DNA of 64,000 nucleotides from Synergistaceae bacterium (GTDB lineage Bacteria; Synergistota; Synergistia; Synergistales; Aminobacteriaceae): NCBI GenBank assembly GCA_017444345.1, contig JAFSWW010000080.1, positions 20,570 to 84,569 of the forward strand, read 5' to 3'. Shown piece by piece: positions 63,484 to 64,000 of this stretch (position 1 is its first letter; each line of letters starts with the position of its first letter). The notes under the pieces were generated by a model. It saw only the letters and a program-made list of their open reading frames with translations, ran no database searches and was not told where the DNA came from. The position numbers and the translations under genes were made by a program.

Positions 63484-64000
63484 TTAATTTAGAGCCTCTT
63501 TCAGGATTTCGAGATTTTCGGCCATGATTTGCAGATAAGAGACTCTGGGATCTCCTGACTGCATAGAATTCAGGACTAAAATTTTTTGATTCTTGGCCTT
63601 AGTGCTTGCTATAACAGTGCGGGCTATGTTGTGCCTTGTACCGTCAATATCTATAACACATGGCAAATTAAACTCGTCTGTCTTCTCTGCTAAAAATTTT
63701 ATGGTCTCAAAGCTCGCTTCAGTCTCAGCAGAACACCCGGAAAAAGCCGCGTAACACTTAAGCCCGTAATCATCAGCTAAATATCTAAACGGGAATCTAT
63801 CAGCAAATAATAAAATTTTCCTAGCTGAGTGATTAATCATGTCAGAATATTTCTTGTCAAGCTCATCGAGTGATTTAATATAACGCGCAAGATTTTGAGA
63901 ATATATTTTTTTGTGAGACGGGTCAATTTCTGAAAGTTTTGCGGCAATATGACGGCAAAGAATCCCCGCATTTCTTAGTGACAGCCATATATGCTCGTCA
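63484..64000 (-). CDS. Metal ABC transporter substrate-binding protein (ZnuA/TroA family), 5'-truncated by the window edge
   Basis: The frame stays open beyond the listed Met. The reverse complement of 63841-64000 reads ...DEHIWLSLRNAG...KYSDMINHS, which is the typical D(P/E)HIW motif. Confidence 0.75.
   Translation of the reverse strand, partial: DEHIWLSLRNAGILCRHIAAKLSEIDPSHKKIYSQNLARYIKSLDELDKKYSDMINHSARKILLFADRFPFRYLADDYGLKCYAAFSGCSAETEASFETIKFLAEKTDEFNLPCVIDIDGTRHNIARTVIASTKAKNQKILVLNSMQSGDPRVSYLQIMAENLEILKEALN

Overview
This is an AT-rich bacterial chromosomal window with about 65 densely packed genes and no rRNA, tRNA or CRISPR that I could recognise. The gene content suggests an anaerobic, diderm organism: HydE, ThyX, Fe-ADH and nitroreductase on one side, secretin, RND and MacB-type permease on the other. 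Phylum cannot be determined from here.

Housekeeping blocks:
- prfA-prmC-DUF1385-thyX, rpsO and rpmE
- an rpiB-upp fusion followed by tagO/wecA-wecB-murA
- udg, uppS-cdsA-dxr, hisB and rsmG
- a hexuronate/glucan block (uxaA, uxaC, malQ, Fe-ADH)
- trkAH, a Zn/Mn-type ABC importer, an APC permease and a hybrid histidine kinase

Accessory and unusual content:
1. A 13-gene, co-directional T2SS-like locus (37.3-50.6 kb). It is headed by a Wzy_C/PglL-like putative O-oligosaccharyltransferase, its gene order is non-canonical, and no prepilin peptidase is in view.
2. A solitary GT6 (ABO-like) glycosyltransferase with a G9 tract, where the alternative frame stays open for 54 more codons.
3. A GC-rich mini-gene/hairpin island next to the GT6 gene.
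4. Two toxin-antitoxin modules: MNT plus a HEPN-nitroreductase in-frame fusion, and a DinJ-like/YoeB pair splitting uxaA from uxaC.
5. An RND pump with a poly-Asp tail, overlapped by an orphan citG.
6. A striking window-wide excess of the A4T4 palindrome AAAATTTT, plus locally duplicated AT-rich intergenic repeats.

All family assignments rest on motif recognition by eye. No searches were run.
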